Shown here: positions 11,208-20,582 of the stretch, in pieces
Numbering within the stretch: position 1 is the stretch's first letter
Layout: each line of letters opens with the position of its first letter
NCBI GenBank assembly: GCA_965658685.1
Contig: CBFHTF010000004.1
Location: forward strand, 183 to 64,182
Length of the DNA: 64,000 bases
Direction: 5' to 3'
Source of the DNA: Luminiphilus sp.
GTDB taxonomy: Bacteria; Pseudomonadota; Gammaproteobacteria; Pseudomonadales; Halieaceae
Notes under the pieces: generated by a model
Told to the model about the DNA's origin: nothing
What the model saw: only the letters and a program-made list of their open reading frames with translations
Database searches by the model: none
Made by a program: the position numbers and the translations under genes

Positions 11208-11398
11208 CAATAAAAACCCGGCGTACCGCTGACAGTGTCGCCCTTGAACCCTGCGGCTCAAGGTGGTGACCACCACGCCGCATCAGGCTTTCCGGTCATG
11301 CCGGACTTGCACAACAGCGACGTTAGATGGTCCCCGGGTGGTGCATTATCGGCTCGAGGACTGACTGTCTGGCGAATACGCCAGGCGCACCCCCAGTA
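11208..11398 (-). ncRNA. ssrS: 6S RNA
   Basis: The minus-strand RNA contains CCUCGAGCCGAUAAUGCACCACC and CACCUUGAGCCGCAGGGUUCAAGGGCGACA. These are close to E. coli 6S segments CCCUGAGCCGAUAUUUCAUACCAC and CACCUUGAACCAAGGGUUCAAGGGUUACA (recalled from memory). 5' GGCGUAUUCGCCAGACAGU pairs with 3' ACUGUCAGCGGUACGCC as a closing stem. The location between zapA and ygfA is canonical. Ends are approximate. Confidence 0.85.
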
Positions 11399-11411
11399 TA
11401 ACGGAGTATGC

Positions 11412-11729
11412 TTAGTTGATTTCCAGTTGTCTTAACTGGTAGAGCGCTTCGTCTAGTTGGCTATTGAGGCTTTTGATGCGATTTTCCTGATCGTCGGCAG
11501 CACTCGCGGGTTTGCCGTCGCGCAAATTCAGTACCTCGTAGCTGAGATTGAGCGCCGTCATGATGGCGACGCGTTCTAATCCGATTACCTTACCAGTCGC
11601 TCGAATATCGCGCATTTGCTGATCGAGGTGACGTGCAGCGGCCAATAGCGCCTGCTCTTGTTCGGGAGGACAGGCCACCTGATAGGGTTTGTCGAGGATT
11701 TCGACGGTAACTGTAGGAGTGCGAGTCAC
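11412..11729 (-). CDS. zapA: Cell division protein ZapA
   Basis: 105 aa; VTVEILDKPYQVACPPEQEQALLAAARHLDQQMRDIR is typical of ZapA. Synteny with ssrS and ygfA. Confidence 0.9.
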   Translation of the reverse strand: MTRTPTVTVEILDKPYQVACPPEQEQALLAAARHLDQQMRDIRATGKVIGLERVAIMTALNLSYEVLNLRDGKPASAADDQENRIKSLNSQLDEALYQLRQLEIN

Positions 11730-12034
11730 GAGCTACCCTCAATGTTGCGCAGACGCTGCAGTGTATTGTCGACTGCCTCGCTGGCTTTGCGTTGTCGCTC
11801 GAGCAGCTCTTTGCGTTCACGCTGCAATTCGGCGGTGCGTAATTTCAACTGCCGATTTTCGCGATTCAACTCATGGCTGAGTGCGATAAGATCGGCCACC
11901 TTGGCTTCAAGGGCTTGGATGAGTTTCTCGGCCACGACGGGTACACTGACAAAAGATTTCGCATCACTATAGGTTCGGCAGCCAGTGTGGTCAATGAGTG
12001 GAAACTCTTTGCAATTCAAAGCAATGCCCAACAC
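11726..12034 (-). CDS. Coiled-coil protein upstream of zapA (TIGR02449/ZapB-like)
   Basis: Heptad-rich LEAKVADLIALSHELNRENRQLKLRTAELQRERKELLERQRKA. 4-bp overlap with zapA, the same position as the small coiled-coil gene in Pseudomonas. The true start may be internal (shorter protein). Confidence 0.55.
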   Translation of the reverse strand: MLGIALNCKEFPLIDHTGCRTYSDAKSFVSVPVVAEKLIQALEAKVADLIALSHELNRENRQLKLRTAELQRERKELLERQRKASEAVDNTLQRLRNIEGSS

Positions 12035-12084
12035 TTCGAATAACAGGTATTACAGGCTGCCGTGGGTAGCAATAGGGAGACATT

Positions 12085-12660
12085 GTGCTAGTCGATAAGC
12101 TTGGGGACTACGAAGATATGCCCCTGTGGCAGGAAGCTGCAGATGTACTGTTTGGTGCAGGCCTTACTCTGAATCCGTCGGAGCTACACGGCGCCGTCGC
12201 GGGGTTAATGGCCGCGGGTTTTACGATGAACCAAGAGGCTCAGCGCGATACCGCTTTAGCGTTGTTGGAGCGTTGTTTGGGTGTCGATTTGCATGGTGAG
12301 GTTGCGGATTTTAGCCATCGCATCATGGCAGCTACCCGCAGTGCGGTGCTCGATACTGATTTCGCTTTCACGCCTATGATGCCCGATGATGACGAGCCCT
12401 TCGAGCATCGTCTGATGTCACTGGCGCGCTGGGCGTCGGGTTTTCTTACGGGCTTTACCCAAGCGGTGGCTACCCAAGAGAGCGGCAGTAATGCCACCAT
12501 CGAACCCACTACTGCCGAGGCCGTCAAAGATTTCGCCGCTATTGCCCAGATAGATCTTGATGAGCCAGAGAGTGAAGAAGCGGCCCGCGAGCTTGAGGAG
12601 TTGTTAGAGTACTGTCGTATGGCGGCTTTAAACGTCATGCAAAGTGCCTTTGACGAATAG
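12085..12660 (+). CDS. ygfB: UPF0149 family protein YgfB
   Basis: LNPSELHGAVAGLM, LARWASGFLTGF and an acidic C-terminal EELLEYCRMAAL match E. coli YgfB segments (from memory). Precedes pepP-ubiH-ubiI as in E. coli and Pseudomonas. Confidence 0.8.
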   Translation: MLVDKLGDYEDMPLWQEAADVLFGAGLTLNPSELHGAVAGLMAAGFTMNQEAQRDTALALLERCLGVDLHGEVADFSHRIMAATRSAVLDTDFAFTPMMPDDDEPFEHRLMSLARWASGFLTGFTQAVATQESGSNATIEPTTAEAVKDFAAIAQIDLDEPESEEAARELEELLEYCRMAALNVMQSAFDE

Positions 12661-12686
12661 CATTAATACCACCACAGGACGATATT

Positions 12687-14003
12687 GTGAAAATAAGTAA
12701 AGCTGAGTACGCACGCCGTCGACGTAACCTGATGGGTATGATGGACAGCAACAGTATTGCGCTGATTCCGGCGGCGCGGGAGGTCACCCGCAGTCGCGAT
12801 ACCGAGTACCCATTTCGCCAAGACAGTGACTTTATGTATTTGACGGGCTTTGACGAGCCCGATGCGGTGTTGGCGCTGGTGCCCGGACGGCGTCAGGGCC
12901 AAATCATTCTATTCTGTCGAGATCGCGATCCTCAGCTCGAGCTCTGGAACGGCTACAGAGCGGGTCCCGAAGGTGCAGTGGCTGAATTTGGGATGGATGA
13001 CGCTTTCCCGATCGATGATATTGACGACATTCTTCCGGGCCTTATAGAGGGTAGGACCCATGTCTACTACTCGATGGGCAATAACGACGTATTCGATCGT
13101 CAAGTCATGGCTTGGGTAAATGCTATTCGTGCCAAGGTTCGCACCGGTGCTAAGCCACCGGGAGACTTTACCGATTTGGCGTTCTTGCTCCACGAGCAGC
13201 GGTTGATTAAGAGCGCTGCTGAACTCAAGATCATGCGCAAAGCCGGTCAAATTTCAGCGGACGCGCATTGTCGTGCGATGCGAGAGTGTAGGCCCGGTCG
13301 CTTTGAGTATCACCTTGAGTCAGCGATCTTGCACGAGTTTACCGAGAACGGCGCCCGTTATCCGGCCTACAACAGCATTGTGGGTGCTGGGGCCAACGCC
13401 TGCGTTCTACATTACACCGAGAACCGCGACAAGCTCGTCGATGGCGATCTTGTTTTGATAGATGCGGGTTGCGAGTACGCGGGCTACGCCGCCGATATCA
13501 CCCGAACTTTCCCGGTCAATGGACGTTTTAGTCCAGAGCAAAAAGCCCTCTACGATATTGTGTTGAAGGCGCAACTGGCCGCCATTGCCAAAGTCAAACC
13601 CGGCAACGCTTGGAACCAACCCCATGATGCCACGGTGCGCGTAATTACCCGTGGTCTGTTGGAGCTGGGTCTTTTGGAAGGCGATGAAAAAACCCTCATC
13701 AAAGAGGGCGCCTATACGGACTTCTATATGCATCGCGCTGGTCATTGGCTGGGTATGGACGTTCACGACGTGGGTGACTACCGGGTCGACGGCAAGTGGC
13801 GTCAACTGGAGCCGGGTATGGTGTTAACCATCGAACCCGGTATTTATGTTGCACCCGATAACACTAACGTGCCCGCTAAGTGGCGAGGGATTGGTATACG
13901 TATCGAGGATGACGTCGCTGTGACCAGCTCGGGTTGTGAGGTCTTAACCGACGGAGTGCCCAAGACCGTCGATGCGATTGAAGCGCTTATGGCGTCTGCC
14001 TGA
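12687..14003 (+). CDS. pepP: Xaa-Pro aminopeptidase
   Basis: Pita-bread fold metal ligands context (DLVLIDAG.., HRAGHWLGMDVHD, IEPG, RIEDD). Conserved synteny. Confidence 0.92.
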   Translation: MKISKAEYARRRRNLMGMMDSNSIALIPAAREVTRSRDTEYPFRQDSDFMYLTGFDEPDAVLALVPGRRQGQIILFCRDRDPQLELWNGYRAGPEGAVAEFGMDDAFPIDDIDDILPGLIEGRTHVYYSMGNNDVFDRQVMAWVNAIRAKVRTGAKPPGDFTDLAFLLHEQRLIKSAAELKIMRKAGQISADAHCRAMRECRPGRFEYHLESAILHEFTENGARYPAYNSIVGAGANACVLHYTENRDKLVDGDLVLIDAGCEYAGYAADITRTFPVNGRFSPEQKALYDIVLKAQLAAIAKVKPGNAWNQPHDATVRVITRGLLELGLLEGDEKTLIKEGAYTDFYMHRAGHWLGMDVHDVGDYRVDGKWRQLEPGMVLTIEPGIYVAPDNTNVPAKWRGIGIRIEDDVAVTSSGCEVLTDGVPKTVDAIEALMASA

Positions 14004-14006
14004 CCT

Positions 14007-15305
14007 ATGACCCCATCGGTCTTGGTAGTGGGCGGTGGCATGGTTGGCCTTGCCTTTGGGCTTGCAGTGAAGCACGCATTGCCTACTGCATCTGTCCGTG
14101 TGCTCGAGGCGAGAGCGCTACCCACCGATGATGTCAGCCCCAACCCCTTGGACACACGAGCATCGGCGCTGAATTTGGCCAGCGCCGCTATTCTGAAGCG
14201 CTATCACGTTGCTGATCAGGTACTGCCATTGGGAGCGCCTATCCGACGCATACATGTGTCCAATCAACACCGGTTTGGCAGCACGCTTATGTCAGCCGAA
14301 GAGTTGGGAGAGCCTTGTTTGGGTTGGGTGGTTGATAATCATCTTATTGGCCGTGGTTTGAAATCCGCTGCCGATCAGCAGGGTGTTGTGGTGCAGGCTC
14401 CCTGCGATGTGGTGCGTTTAGTGCCTGGGTCAACACCTGCCGTGCAATTGGGCGATGGCTCACATTTGTCGGCAGATCTTGTGATCGTTGCTGATGGTGC
14501 CCACTCAAGCTTTCGAGAGCAACTGGGTATTGCGGCCGACGCGCGCGACGTACAACAGGTGGCGTTAGTTGCCAATTGCCTGTTCGAGGGCACCCAGCAG
14601 GGGACCGCGTTTGAGCGTTTCACCCCCAACGGGCCTTTGGCGTTATTACCTCTACCACACGCCGCTGCTACTCAACAGCGCTTTAACCTTGTCTGGTCCA
14701 TGACCCCCGATCAGGCAGATCACTACACCGATTGTGATGATGGTGAACTGATGTCTGCGCTTCAGCAGGCATTTGGTTGGCGGCTTGGTGCTGTTCTCGA
14801 CATGGGTGTCCGCTCTCGCTGGTCGCTGCTGCGGATACGGGCACGGGAGCAGGTACGCCAAGGTTTTCTGGTGGCGGGTAATGCGGCCCATGGCCTACAC
14901 CCGGTAGCGGGCCAAGGTTTGAATTTATCGCTGCGCGATAGTTTGGCGTTGGCCGCTACCTTGAGCGAGTCGATGGCGCGTGGCGAACCACTTGGGTCAG
15001 TGACGACCTTGCGTCGCTATGAGCAAGCGGTTGAGGCAGACCAGACCAATACAATGGCTGCTACTGATACACTGGCAACGCTTTTTTCACCACTTGCCTG
15101 GGGGTTGAATACGCCTCGGGATATGGCACTCGCAGGTCTTGATTTACTGCCACCGTTGCGTCGTTGGGTGGCTCGTCAGGGCACTGCCGCCGATCGGCGA
15201 TTGGCGCAGGTTTCCGTCATGCCAACCCCCGGCAACCCAACCTCAGGCAACCGAACCTCAGGCAACCGAACCTTAGGCAAAATGCCACCCGAGTTATCCC
15301 TATGA
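14007..15305 (+). CDS. ubiH: 2-octaprenyl-6-methoxyphenol hydroxylase (FAD monooxygenase) with repeat-containing C-terminal tail
   Basis: N-terminal VLVVGGGMVGLAF Rossmann motif and GNAAHGLHPVAGQGLNL. Synteny pepP-ubiH-ubiI. Its TGA stop overlaps the ubiI ATG (ATGA). Confidence 0.85.
   Translation: MTPSVLVVGGGMVGLAFGLAVKHALPTASVRVLEARALPTDDVSPNPLDTRASALNLASAAILKRYHVADQVLPLGAPIRRIHVSNQHRFGSTLMSAEELGEPCLGWVVDNHLIGRGLKSAADQQGVVVQAPCDVVRLVPGSTPAVQLGDGSHLSADLVIVADGAHSSFREQLGIAADARDVQQVALVANCLFEGTQQGTAFERFTPNGPLALLPLPHAAATQQRFNLVWSMTPDQADHYTDCDDGELMSALQQAFGWRLGAVLDMGVRSRWSLLRIRAREQVRQGFLVAGNAAHGLHPVAGQGLNLSLRDSLALAATLSESMARGEPLGSVTTLRRYEQAVEADQTNTMAATDTLATLFSPLAWGLNTPRDMALAGLDLLPPLRRWVARQGTAADRRLAQVSVMPTPGNPTSGNRTSGNRTLGKMPPELSL
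15231..15280. repeat. 15-bp tandem repeat, 3.3 copies (GGCAACCSAACCTYA)
   Basis: ggcaacccaacctca / ggcaaccgaacctca / ggcaaccgaacctta / ggcaa. Encodes GNPTS-GNRTS-GNRTL-GK at the extreme C-terminus of UbiH. Confidence 0.9.
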
Positions 15306-16507
15306 GCCATTATGATCAGGATGTCATCATCGCTGGAGCGGGCATTGCCGGGCTCACGCTAAGTGCCCTACTGGCCCAGTCTGGCCTGTCGGTGTTGTTG
15401 CTGGAAGCCCACTCTCGACCTTCTTCGCTCCCCTCGGGTACGGATATTGATCAGTGGGATCGCAGAGTCAGCGCATTGACGCCGGCGTCAGTAGGCTTGC
15501 TACGTCGTGTCGGCGCTTGGACAAACGTTGATTGCCAGCGCATGGCACCGTACCAAGCCATGCACGTCTGGGATGCTGAAGGCACTGGCAGTATCGAATT
15601 CAAGGCGGTGGATGTTGGCGTCACCGATCTTGGCTATATCGTTGAGAACCGTGTAACTGTCGATGCGTTATTGTCGGTGGTGGAGCGGTCCTCGCGGGTG
15701 CGCATTGAATGGGGTGACGGCGTTGAGCGTTTGGCTCGCGATCGTCAAGGTATCACTGTTACTACCCAATCAGATGCCCAGTGGTCAGCTCCCCTGCTTG
15801 TTGCCGCCGACGGCGCACGCTCACGTTTGCGCGATATGGCCGGCTTCAAAACACGCAGCTGGTCTTATCATCAGGGTGCCATCGTGGCCACTGTCGCCCT
15901 TGAAAGGCCCCACCAAGGGACTTGCTTCCAAGCGTTTACAGCCACTGGACCCATTGCCCTATTGCCCCTTGCTGATCCCTGCCTCTGCTCTATTGTCTGG
16001 TCGGTCGACGATCCTGACTGGGAGCGCTTAATGTCGCTAGACAGCAATGGATTTATACGCGCGTTGAATGGAGCATTGGCGGGTAATGCGCCGGCAGTGT
16101 GCGCCATTGGTGCCCGCGCAGTATTCCCGCTAAATCAGAGCCATGCGGTGGATTACGTAACCGACCGATTGGCTTTGGTGGCTGATGCCGCTCACAGTAT
16201 CCACCCACTAGCGGGGCAGGGCATCAATTTAGGTCTTGCCGATGTCGGTGTGTTGGCCAATGTTGTGAGCACCGCTTATCACGATGATCTCGATTGGGGT
16301 AAAGCGGCGTTACTTCGGCGTTACCAGCGTCGGCGAAAAACCGATAATTTAGCGATGATGGCGGCCATGGAAGCCTTTAAACGTGGCTTTGGCAATCGTC
16401 ATCCGCTGACCTTAGCGGCGCGCAATGTTGGGCTCAACTGGGTGAACCAAACACCATTGCTAAAGCGTTGGTTTGCCGCGCAAGCGCTTGCAGCCGAGGG
16501 ACTTTAG
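15302..16507 (+). CDS. ubiI: 2-octaprenylphenol hydroxylase (UbiI/VisC, FAD monooxygenase)
   Basis: [14 protein letters not shown] Rossmann motif and [20 protein letters not shown] at 15302 chosen; the longer ORF start at 15164 only reads the ubiH repeat in another frame. Confidence 0.85.
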   Translation: MSHYDQDVIIAGAGIAGLTLSALLAQSGLSVLLLEAHSRPSSLPSGTDIDQWDRRVSALTPASVGLLRRVGAWTNVDCQRMAPYQAMHVWDAEGTGSIEFKAVDVGVTDLGYIVENRVTVDALLSVVERSSRVRIEWGDGVERLARDRQGITVTTQSDAQWSAPLLVAADGARSRLRDMAGFKTRSWSYHQGAIVATVALERPHQGTCFQAFTATGPIALLPLADPCLCSIVWSVDDPDWERLMSLDSNGFIRALNGALAGNAPAVCAIGARAVFPLNQSHAVDYVTDRLALVADAAHSIHPLAGQGINLGLADVGVLANVVSTAYHDDLDWGKAALLRRYQRRRKTDNLAMMAAMEAFKRGFGNRHPLTLAARNVGLNWVNQTPLLKRWFAAQALAAEGL

Positions 16508-16577
16508 CGGCATCTTTAGCGCCCGTTGGCGATCACCAGCTACCTACCTCTCCTCACATTACAGGAACAAGGAACCC

Positions 16578-16967
16578 ATGAGCAATCCGACTGAACTTAA
16601 GTATGCAAAAACCCACGAATGGGCACGTCTAGAGGAAGATGGCTCGGTCACAGTGGGTATTACCCATCACGCTCAAGAAGCATTGGGTGACGTGGTGTAT
16701 ATAGAAGTGCCTACCGTCGGTGATGCCTTGGCAGGGGGAGAGCAGGCAGGCGTGGTTGAATCGGTCAAAGCGGCCTCAGACATCTACAGTCCCATCGCCG
16801 GTGAAGTCATAGCCGTTAACGAAGTGCTTGAAGATGCGCCAGAAACGGTCAACGCTGACCCGTATAACGATGGCTGGTTCTATCGCCTACAGCCCGAAGA
16901 TACCTCCGAGTTGGATGGCTTATTGTCGGCTGATGACTATACCAATCATTGCGAGGAAGACGCTTAA
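16578..16967 (+). CDS. gcvH: Glycine cleavage system protein H
   Basis: 129 aa; [13 protein letters not shown].. and the lipoyl-lysine motif [16 protein letters not shown] at 16578. Confidence 0.92.
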   Translation: MSNPTELKYAKTHEWARLEEDGSVTVGITHHAQEALGDVVYIEVPTVGDALAGGEQAGVVESVKAASDIYSPIAGEVIAVNEVLEDAPETVNADPYNDGWFYRLQPEDTSELDGLLSADDYTNHCEEDA

Positions 16968-16979
16968 GCCCGTCTATTG

Positions 16980-17726
16980 TTAGGGTCTGAGCGATAGGAT
17001 GCGCCAGCCCCTTTCCAAAGCAATGGCTCGCAATTGAGCATCGGGATCGACAGCCACGGGATTATCAACCCGTTCTAATAGGGGTAGGTCGTTATGACTA
17101 TCACTGTAAAAGTGAGCTCCCCCTAACGAGTGACCGGTGTCCTCTAACCATGTGTGCAAGCGTTTGACTTTACCTTCGCGAAATGACGGCGTGCCAATAG
17201 GCTGCCCTGAATAGCGCCCATCAATCAGCTCGGCTTCGCAGCCTATCAGCGTCCCAACGCCGAGTCGCTGCGCGATGGGCGCTGTAACGATGGTGTTGGT
17301 GGCGGTAATGATGACCAAGGTATCCCCGCGCTGGCGATGTTGCTCGACAAGGGCTTCTGCTTCGGGCAGCACTATGGGCTCCACCCAGTCGTGAAGAAAT
17401 TTGTCGAGTAGAGGTGCCAGCTCATCGGGTGTTTTACCGATAAAGGGGCTCAGCGCGTGCTGTAAGTAGCTGTGGATATTTAGGGTCCCCGATTGGTAAT
17501 CGGCATAGAACGCATCGGTGGCAGCGCGATAGGTTTGTGCATCAACGAGGCCTTGGGTACAGAGGAACAACCCAAAACTGTGGTCGGAGTCACCGGCGAG
17601 CAGTGTGTTGTCTAAATCGAATAAGGCTAGTGCCACAGCTTGTCTCAATTCTGGGAATGAATGAAAGGTTGCCCACGCAAGTGGACTCGGGTATGAAAGA
17701 ATAGCGACAGCGCAAGCTATCAACAA
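16980..17726 (-). CDS. HAD-IB family hydrolase (phosphoserine phosphatase-like)
   Basis: DLDNTLL motif I, TATN motif II and [11 protein letters not shown] motif IV. The maximal ORF starts at TTG 17726, only 26 bp from rppH. A later TTG/GTG (about 17648 or 17636) just before [11 protein letters not shown] is more plausible. Confidence 0.75.
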   Translation of the reverse strand: MLIACAVAILSYPSPLAWATFHSFPELRQAVALALFDLDNTLLAGDSDHSFGLFLCTQGLVDAQTYRAATDAFYADYQSGTLNIHSYLQHALSPFIGKTPDELAPLLDKFLHDWVEPIVLPEAEALVEQHRQRGDTLVIITATNTIVTAPIAQRLGVGTLIGCEAELIDGRYSGQPIGTPSFREGKVKRLHTWLEDTGHSLGGAHFYSDSHNDLPLLERVDNPVAVDPDAQLRAIALERGWRILSLRP

Positions 17727-17752
17727 ATACAGCGTTATTGGAGCATTAATTT

Positions 17753-18277
17753 TTGGCTGGCACCTCTTCAGACCGAATCATCGACCGTCAGGGCTTCCGG
17801 CCGAACGTGGGCATTATTGTCTGTAACCACGAAGGTGAGGTGCTTTGGGGCCGTAGAATTGGCGGGCGTGGTTCTTGGCAATTCCCCCAAGGTGGCATGC
17901 ACGGTGGTGAAACGGCCGAACAGGCTATGTTTCGGGAGCTTACTGAAGAGATTGGTCTGGAGCCATCCCATGTCAGCATTCTAGGCTGCACCAAGGGCTG
18001 GTTGCGGTATCGCTTGCCCGCTCGGTTTATCCGCAAACATGAACGGCCGGTCTGTATCGGGCAAAAACAAAAATGGTTTTTGCTGCGCCTCGACGCCGAT
18101 GACAGCGCGGTACAGGTCGATGCCCATGACGACCCGGAATTTGATGATTGGCGCTGGGTGTCTTGGTGGTATCCGGTAACGGCGGTGGTCGATTTCAAGC
18201 GCGATGTCTACCGAGCGGCTTTGGGTGAATTGCTTCCGGCGCTAATACCCCAGCGAAAACGCAGAAAAGCGGGATAG
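17753..18277 (+). CDS. rppH: RNA pyrophosphohydrolase (Nudix)
   Basis: [12 protein letters not shown] and Nudix box [23 protein letters not shown]. Precedes ptsP as in other gammaproteobacteria. TTG is the only canonical start nearby. Confidence 0.9.
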   Translation: MAGTSSDRIIDRQGFRPNVGIIVCNHEGEVLWGRRIGGRGSWQFPQGGMHGGETAEQAMFRELTEEIGLEPSHVSILGCTKGWLRYRLPARFIRKHERPVCIGQKQKWFLLRLDADDSAVQVDAHDDPEFDDWRWVSWWYPVTAVVDFKRDVYRAALGELLPALIPQRKRRKAG

Positions 18278-18281
18278 GGCC

Positions 18282-20582
18282 GTGCTCGAGACGTTGCGTA
18301 GAATCATCCAAGCGGTCAACGAGGCAGATAGCCTGCCGGAATCGCTCAATCTCATTGTGCATGAGGTGCGTGCGGCGATGGCCACCGATGTGTGCACGGT
18401 CTACCTTAGGGATCGATCGAGTAACCGCTTGGTGTTTCGAGCCACAGAGGGATTAAACCCAGAGAAGGTTGGCAGTTTCTCCCTTGCTATGGAAGAAGGT
18501 TTGGTCGGTTGGGTTGCCAGTCGTGGCGAATTGCTCAATCTTTCAGACGCCAGAGATCACCCTAGCTTCCAGCTTGTCCCGGGATTGGGGGAAGAGAGCT
18601 ACGACACCTTTATGGGCGCCCCCATCATCCACCAGCGGGATTTGCTGGGGGTTTTGATAGTACAGCAGGCCGTCCAGCGTCGTTTTAGTGACGAAGAAGA
18701 ATCCTTTTTGATTACCGTTTCTGCCCAACTAGCGGGGGTCATAGCCCACGCTGAGATGGCAGGAGCGGTCATTGATCAAGATCATCGCCCTAACAATATC
18801 AATCGCATTGTGGGTATCCCGGGTAGCCCTGGCATCGGTATTGGTACGGGTGTCTTTGTATCCCCAACCGCCGATTTAATGGCCGTTCCCTCGCGCCTGG
18901 CTGTTGATCGGAAAGAGGAATTACGCGCATTTAGAAGCGCATTGGCGCGAGTTCGCGACGATATCGAAGTCGTTGCCGCCAATCTTAAAGACGAGTTATC
19001 GCCCGAGGATCACGCACTATTTGGGGTTTATCTTAATATCCTCGACGACTCGACTCTTGGCGGCGAAGTGGCTGCACTTATCAAGTCTGGTGAGTGGGCC
19101 CAAGGCGCGCTCAGTCAGGTCATGATCAAGCATATTCGGCATTTCGAGCGGATGGAGCACAGCTATTTGCGTGAACGAGCGGTCGATGTGCGCGATTTGG
19201 GCACCCGCGTACTGAGCTACCTTCAAGACGAAGAGACCAGCCGGCGAAGTTGGCCACAGCGCACAGTGCTGGTGGCTGAGGAAATTACCGCATCTGCGCT
19301 GGGTGAGGTGCCGCGAGAAAATCTCGTGGGCGTGGTATCGCTGCGGGGCTCAGGTAACAGCCACGCGGCTATTCTTGCCCGGGGCATGGGTGTACCGGCG
19401 GTGATGGGAGCGGCCGATTTACCTTATGCGCGACTGGAAGATCGTCAGCTGGTCGTCGATGGCTACAACGGCCGTGTATACATTAACCCACACCCGGAAG
19501 CACTGCGTCGATTCCAGCATTTAGTCGACGAGGACCGCGCCCTATCTCGGGAGTTGGCGACACTTAACGATGTTCCCTGCAATACCCTCGATGGCCACCA
19601 TATTCCTCTTTGGGTAAATACCGGCATTGTGGCGGATGTACAAAGAGCGCTCGAGAACGGTGCCGAGGGTGTGGGCCTGTACCGAACCGAAGTTTCTTTT
19701 TTGTTGCGCGACCGTTTCCCCAGCGAGGAAGAGCAGCGCCTGTTGTATCGGGAGCAGTTGGCGGCCTTTGCTCCGGCACCCGTTACTATGCGCACACTGG
19801 ATATTGGCGGCGACAAGTCGCTCCCCTACTTTCCGATTACCGAAGACAATCCGTTCTTGGGCTGGCGCGGCATACGCGTGACCCTCGACCATCCAGAGAT
19901 TTTCCTAGCGCAAGTGCGGGCAATGCTTAAGGCCAATGAGCAGTTGGGTAATTTGCGTATTTTGTTGCCGATGATCTCAGGCATCGAGGAGCTGCAAGAA
20001 GCGCTCGCGTTGATTCAGCGTTGTCATCTCGAGGTGCAAAGCGAGGGCTATACTGAGCCATTCCCGCCGGTGGGTGTCATGATTGAAGTACCGTCGGCGG
20101 TGTATTTGGCAGGCGCTCTGGCGTCGCAAATTGACTTCTTGTCGGTGGGCTCTAATGACTTGACCCAATATTTGCTGGCGGTAGATCGCAACAATGCCCG
20201 GGTTGCAGACCTGTACCGTACACTGCATCCCGCTGTGTTGGCGGCGCTGCAAAATGTGGTTGGGGCTGCCCACAGTCATGGCAAAACGGTAAGTATCTGC
20301 GGTGAGTTAGCGGGTGATCCCCGAGCGGTGCCTCTATTGTTGGCGATGGGCTTCGATCAGTTGTCGATGAATGCTGCCAATTTGCCTCGTGTTAAAAAAA
20401 TTCTGACCTCGTTATCTCTCAGCGATGCCCAGGCCCTACTCGAGAGCATCTCCGAACTTTGGACGGCAGATGAGGTGGGTGCAAAGGTCGATGAGTTACT
20501 CCACAATTTAGATTTGCAGCGTTATCTGCGCGGTAAAGGTGACACCGCCATCAACGCGGATGGTACTCGGAGCATGTCGTGA
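18282..20582 (+). CDS. ptsP: Phosphoenolpyruvate-protein phosphotransferase PtsP (EI-Ntr, N-terminal GAF domain)
   Basis: GAF-like N-terminus, phospho-His region GSGNSHAAILARGMGVPAV and PEP-utilising C-terminus GSNDLTQY. GTG start. Confidence 0.92.
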   Translation: MLETLRRIIQAVNEADSLPESLNLIVHEVRAAMATDVCTVYLRDRSSNRLVFRATEGLNPEKVGSFSLAMEEGLVGWVASRGELLNLSDARDHPSFQLVPGLGEESYDTFMGAPIIHQRDLLGVLIVQQAVQRRFSDEEESFLITVSAQLAGVIAHAEMAGAVIDQDHRPNNINRIVGIPGSPGIGIGTGVFVSPTADLMAVPSRLAVDRKEELRAFRSALARVRDDIEVVAANLKDELSPEDHALFGVYLNILDDSTLGGEVAALIKSGEWAQGALSQVMIKHIRHFERMEHSYLRERAVDVRDLGTRVLSYLQDEETSRRSWPQRTVLVAEEITASALGEVPRENLVGVVSLRGSGNSHAAILARGMGVPAVMGAADLPYARLEDRQLVVDGYNGRVYINPHPEALRRFQHLVDEDRALSRELATLNDVPCNTLDGHHIPLWVNTGIVADVQRALENGAEGVGLYRTEVSFLLRDRFPSEEEQRLLYREQLAAFAPAPVTMRTLDIGGDKSLPYFPITEDNPFLGWRGIRVTLDHPEIFLAQVRAMLKANEQLGNLRILLPMISGIEELQEALALIQRCHLEVQSEGYTEPFPPVGVMIEVPSAVYLAGALASQIDFLSVGSNDLTQYLLAVDRNNARVADLYRTLHPAVLAALQNVVGAAHSHGKTVSICGELAGDPRAVPLLLAMGFDQLSMNAANLPRVKKILTSLSLSDAQALLESISELWTADEVGAKVDELLHNLDLQRYLRGKGDTAINADGTRSMS

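Noticed and set aside
11173-11435. N-terminal extension of the ygfA ORF (to 11283) and a 66-aa plus-strand ORF (11235-11435).
   Set aside because: The region is better explained by the 6S RNA gene on the minus strand. The ygfA homology starts only at about MLGSEQ.
15164-15301. QPNLRQPNLRQPNLRQ repeat at the start of the long ubiI ORF.
   Set aside because: It is an out-of-frame reading of the ubiH 15-bp repeat. The ubiI Rossmann motif begins right after ATG 15302, which is ATGA-coupled to the ubiH stop.
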